A stretch of 34,586 nucleotides of DNA from a virus (taxonomy: Duplodnaviria > Caudoviricetes), in the IMG/VR virus record IMGVR_UViG_3300020045_002149, positions 1-34,586 of that record; one strand, 5' to 3'. The notes beneath the pieces are model-generated. The model worked only from the letters and a program-made list of their open reading frames with translations. It was not told the origin of the DNA and searched no databases. Shown here in pieces: positions 32,359 to 34,586 of this stretch (position 1 is the first letter of the stretch; each line of letters starts with the position of its first letter). The translations under genes were made by a program, and so were the position numbers.

Positions 32359-34320
32359 GTGGGAGCCGCGAAGATGGCCAAGAAGTTCGATGGTCTGCGG
32401 GCGCCTGATGCCCTGCGGGATCTAAAAGGGTGGCTGGTGTGGCACTGGCGGCAAAAGCCGGGCAGCCCTAAGCCGTCCAAAATGCCGTACTACGTGTCGG
32501 GTAAGGTCCGTACCGGCACCCACGGGTCTGAAGCTGACCGCGCCAACCTGGTGACGTTCGAAGAGGCCAAAGCGTTCGCTGAGAAAAACGACTTTGCAGG
32601 CGTCGGCCTGGCACTAATGCCAGAGTTCGGCATCACCGCCTTAGACTTCGACAACTGCGTGAAAGATGGCGTCATCGATCCTCGGGTCGAGGAGCTTACC
32701 GCTGGCACATATGCGGAGCTGAGCCCGTCGGGCAACGGCATCCGCGCGTTCGTGCGTGGCGAATCGCCGGACCATAAGGACAGCACGCCGGCTGATGGCT
32801 CGTTCGGCTTCGAGACGTTCCACGCCAAAGGGTTCGTGACCTTCACTGGCCACGTGACCGAGCTGACCGAGCTAACTGGCGCGGAGAACACCGTCGCGCC
32901 TATGAGCGAAGCCGTGGTGGCTTTCTGCGGTGCACGGTTCAAGCGAGCTGCTCGCGTTCGGGCTGAGTGCGTCGGAGCGGGCAAACCGACGTTCGGCATG
33001 TCGCCGGAGCAGATCACCGAACTGCTGAACAAGCTGCCGGACGATCTGCACTACGAGGATTGGCGCAACGTCGGTATGGCCGTGCACCACGAGACGGAAG
33101 GCGAAGGCTTCGACATCTGGCACGAGTGGTCGATGAACTCGCCCAAATACACGACTCAGGAATACTGCCAGGCGAAGTGGAATTCGTTCGGGATCAACAC
33201 CAGCGCCGAATACACGACGATGGGTACCATCCTCCAGATGATCCGCGACGCAGGCGGCGAGACGGGATTGGAGACGGCTAGCGCCGACGAGTTCGAGGCT
33301 TTGCCGATGCCCGTCGGTGGTAAGTACCGCATCGAATCGTGGGAAGAGGTGCGCGCCCGGCCGCGCAAGACGGCATGGCTGATCAAGGGCTTTCTGCCGA
33401 AGGCGGTGCTCGGGGTGATGTTCGGCGCTTCGACCACGGGTAAGTCATTCGTCGCACTGGACATGGCCTGCGCCATCGCCCGTGGCGCTGACTGGAACGG
33501 GCACCGGGTGAACAAAGGCCGCGTGCTCTACGTCGTGGCGGAAGGCGCCGACGGCTTTATCCAGCGCATGGACGCCTACGACCACCAACACGGCGTCGAG
33601 AAGCGCGAGATCGACCTGATCACCGGCATGGTGCCGAACCTTACCGAAGTCGCCCAGGTCACTGACTTGATAAAGGACATCAAGGCGCGCGAGCCCTACC
33701 AGGTCATCATCATGGACACCTTCGCCCAGATGACCGCCGGCATTAATGAAAACAGCGGAGAGGACATGGGTGTCGCCCTGGAGCAGTGCAAGCGCATCGC
33801 CCGTATAAGCGGTGCCATGGTCCTGCTTATCCACCACAGCGGCAAGGACGCGGCCAAGGGTGCGCGCGGCTGGTCGGGCCTGCGCGCTGCAGCTGACGTT
33901 GAGCTTGAGGTGACACGTTCCGACGAAGTGCGAGCTATCAAGGTGACCAAGCTCAAGGACGGCCGCGACGGCGCCGAGCACGGCTTTAAACTGGTCGACG
34001 TGATCCTAGGCCTCGACGAGGACAACGACACGATCACCAGTTGCGTGGTGGAGTATGGCAGCGCCTCGCACGGTATGCCGTCGGGGAAGAACGAGGTTTT
34101 GCTGCTCACCACCCTGCACGAGCTGATCGGTTACGGCCACCGGGGCCGCATAGAGGAGGAGGAGCTTTTGAACGCTGCGAAGGGGAAAACGCCGAACGCA
34201 GGGCGCGATACCAAGAGCAATTTGAAGAAAGCGCTTACCGCTTTGGCGGCCAAGAATTTCGTGGTTAGACACGAAAAATGGGTCTCACCTATCGAATCCG
34301 CAGAAAATGCAGGCTTATGA
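32359..34320 (+). CDS. Primase-helicase (prim-pol, PriCT-2, AAA_25/RepA-like helicase)
   Basis: DFD, E.SPSG.G, Y..W..VGMA.H, GASTTGKS, IIMDT, HH.GKD...G.RG.S; start may be ATG 32374. Confidence 0.92.
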   Translation: MGAAKMAKKFDGLRAPDALRDLKGWLVWHWRQKPGSPKPSKMPYYVSGKVRTGTHGSEADRANLVTFEEAKAFAEKNDFAGVGLALMPEFGITALDFDNCVKDGVIDPRVEELTAGTYAELSPSGNGIRAFVRGESPDHKDSTPADGSFGFETFHAKGFVTFTGHVTELTELTGAENTVAPMSEAVVAFCGARFKRAARVRAECVGAGKPTFGMSPEQITELLNKLPDDLHYEDWRNVGMAVHHETEGEGFDIWHEWSMNSPKYTTQEYCQAKWNSFGINTSAEYTTMGTILQMIRDAGGETGLETASADEFEALPMPVGGKYRIESWEEVRARPRKTAWLIKGFLPKAVLGVMFGASTTGKSFVALDMACAIARGADWNGHRVNKGRVLYVVAEGADGFIQRMDAYDHQHGVEKREIDLITGMVPNLTEVAQVTDLIKDIKAREPYQVIIMDTFAQMTAGINENSGEDMGVALEQCKRIARISGAMVLLIHHSGKDAAKGARGWSGLRAAADVELEVTRSDEVRAIKVTKLKDGRDGAEHGFKLVDVILGLDEDNDTITSCVVEYGSASHGMPSGKNEVLLLTTLHELIGYGHRGRIEEEELLNAAKGKTPNAGRDTKSNLKKALTALAAKNFVVRHEKWVSPIESAENAGL

Positions 34321-34335
34321 ATCCGCAAAACCTGC

Positions 34336-34430
34336 ACGTAAGTATCGTAAAAGGTCAGTATTTACGTTACTTACGACAGGTAGCAGTCGTAAGTAAGAGT
34401 GCATGACTATAGGAATGCACTTACTTACTA
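34336..34430. repeat. Origin-like cluster of GTAAGTA/TACTTAC inverted repeats
   Basis: Perfect inverted repeat TTACTTACGAC/GTCGTAAGTAA plus overlapping ones, directly after the primase gene. Confidence 0.7.
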
Positions 34431-34586
34431 CACCGAAAAACTACGATTTCCTGCATCTGCAAAAATTGCGCGTTTGGAGAGTCAAAATTAAATGCCAGAA
34501 CTGCAAAGCCGAATACGACGAGAAAAAGATCCCAAAGCTCAACGACTGTTCGTTGTGTGCGCATTGTCGCGACCACTGGGCGAGAA

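Overview
Most of a GC-rich siphovirus genome; a Pseudomonas-like or other proteobacterial host is inferred from gene content and is not proven. The + strand (1-19675) carries an HK97-type portal, head-tail, tail and lysis genes. The - strand (19732-31909) carries early and replication genes: SNF2 helicase, VRR-NUC, family A DNA polymerase, DUF2815 SSB and DUF2800 Cas4-like nuclease. A divergent HTH gene, a primase-helicase and an origin-like repeat region follow. The standout is a ~670-nt non-coding unit (4276-4964) inside the virion operon, with its own sigma70 promoter and terminator. It contains a string of structured RNAs separated mostly by short AU-rich linkers: a 3-way-junction RNA, an enlarged tRNA-like cloverleaf, a tRNA-Gly(UCC) with an aberrant D arm, a complete hammerhead ribozyme and two pseudoknot-rich domains. 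This unit sits within a glycosyltransferase/methyltransferase cluster. Also notable are a DNA polymerase split in two around a DNA methyltransferase gene, a second small-RNA candidate, an antisense HNH gene with its own promoter, and a C6G tail-chaperone frameshift. All RNA structures were paired by eye; no folding or database search was run.
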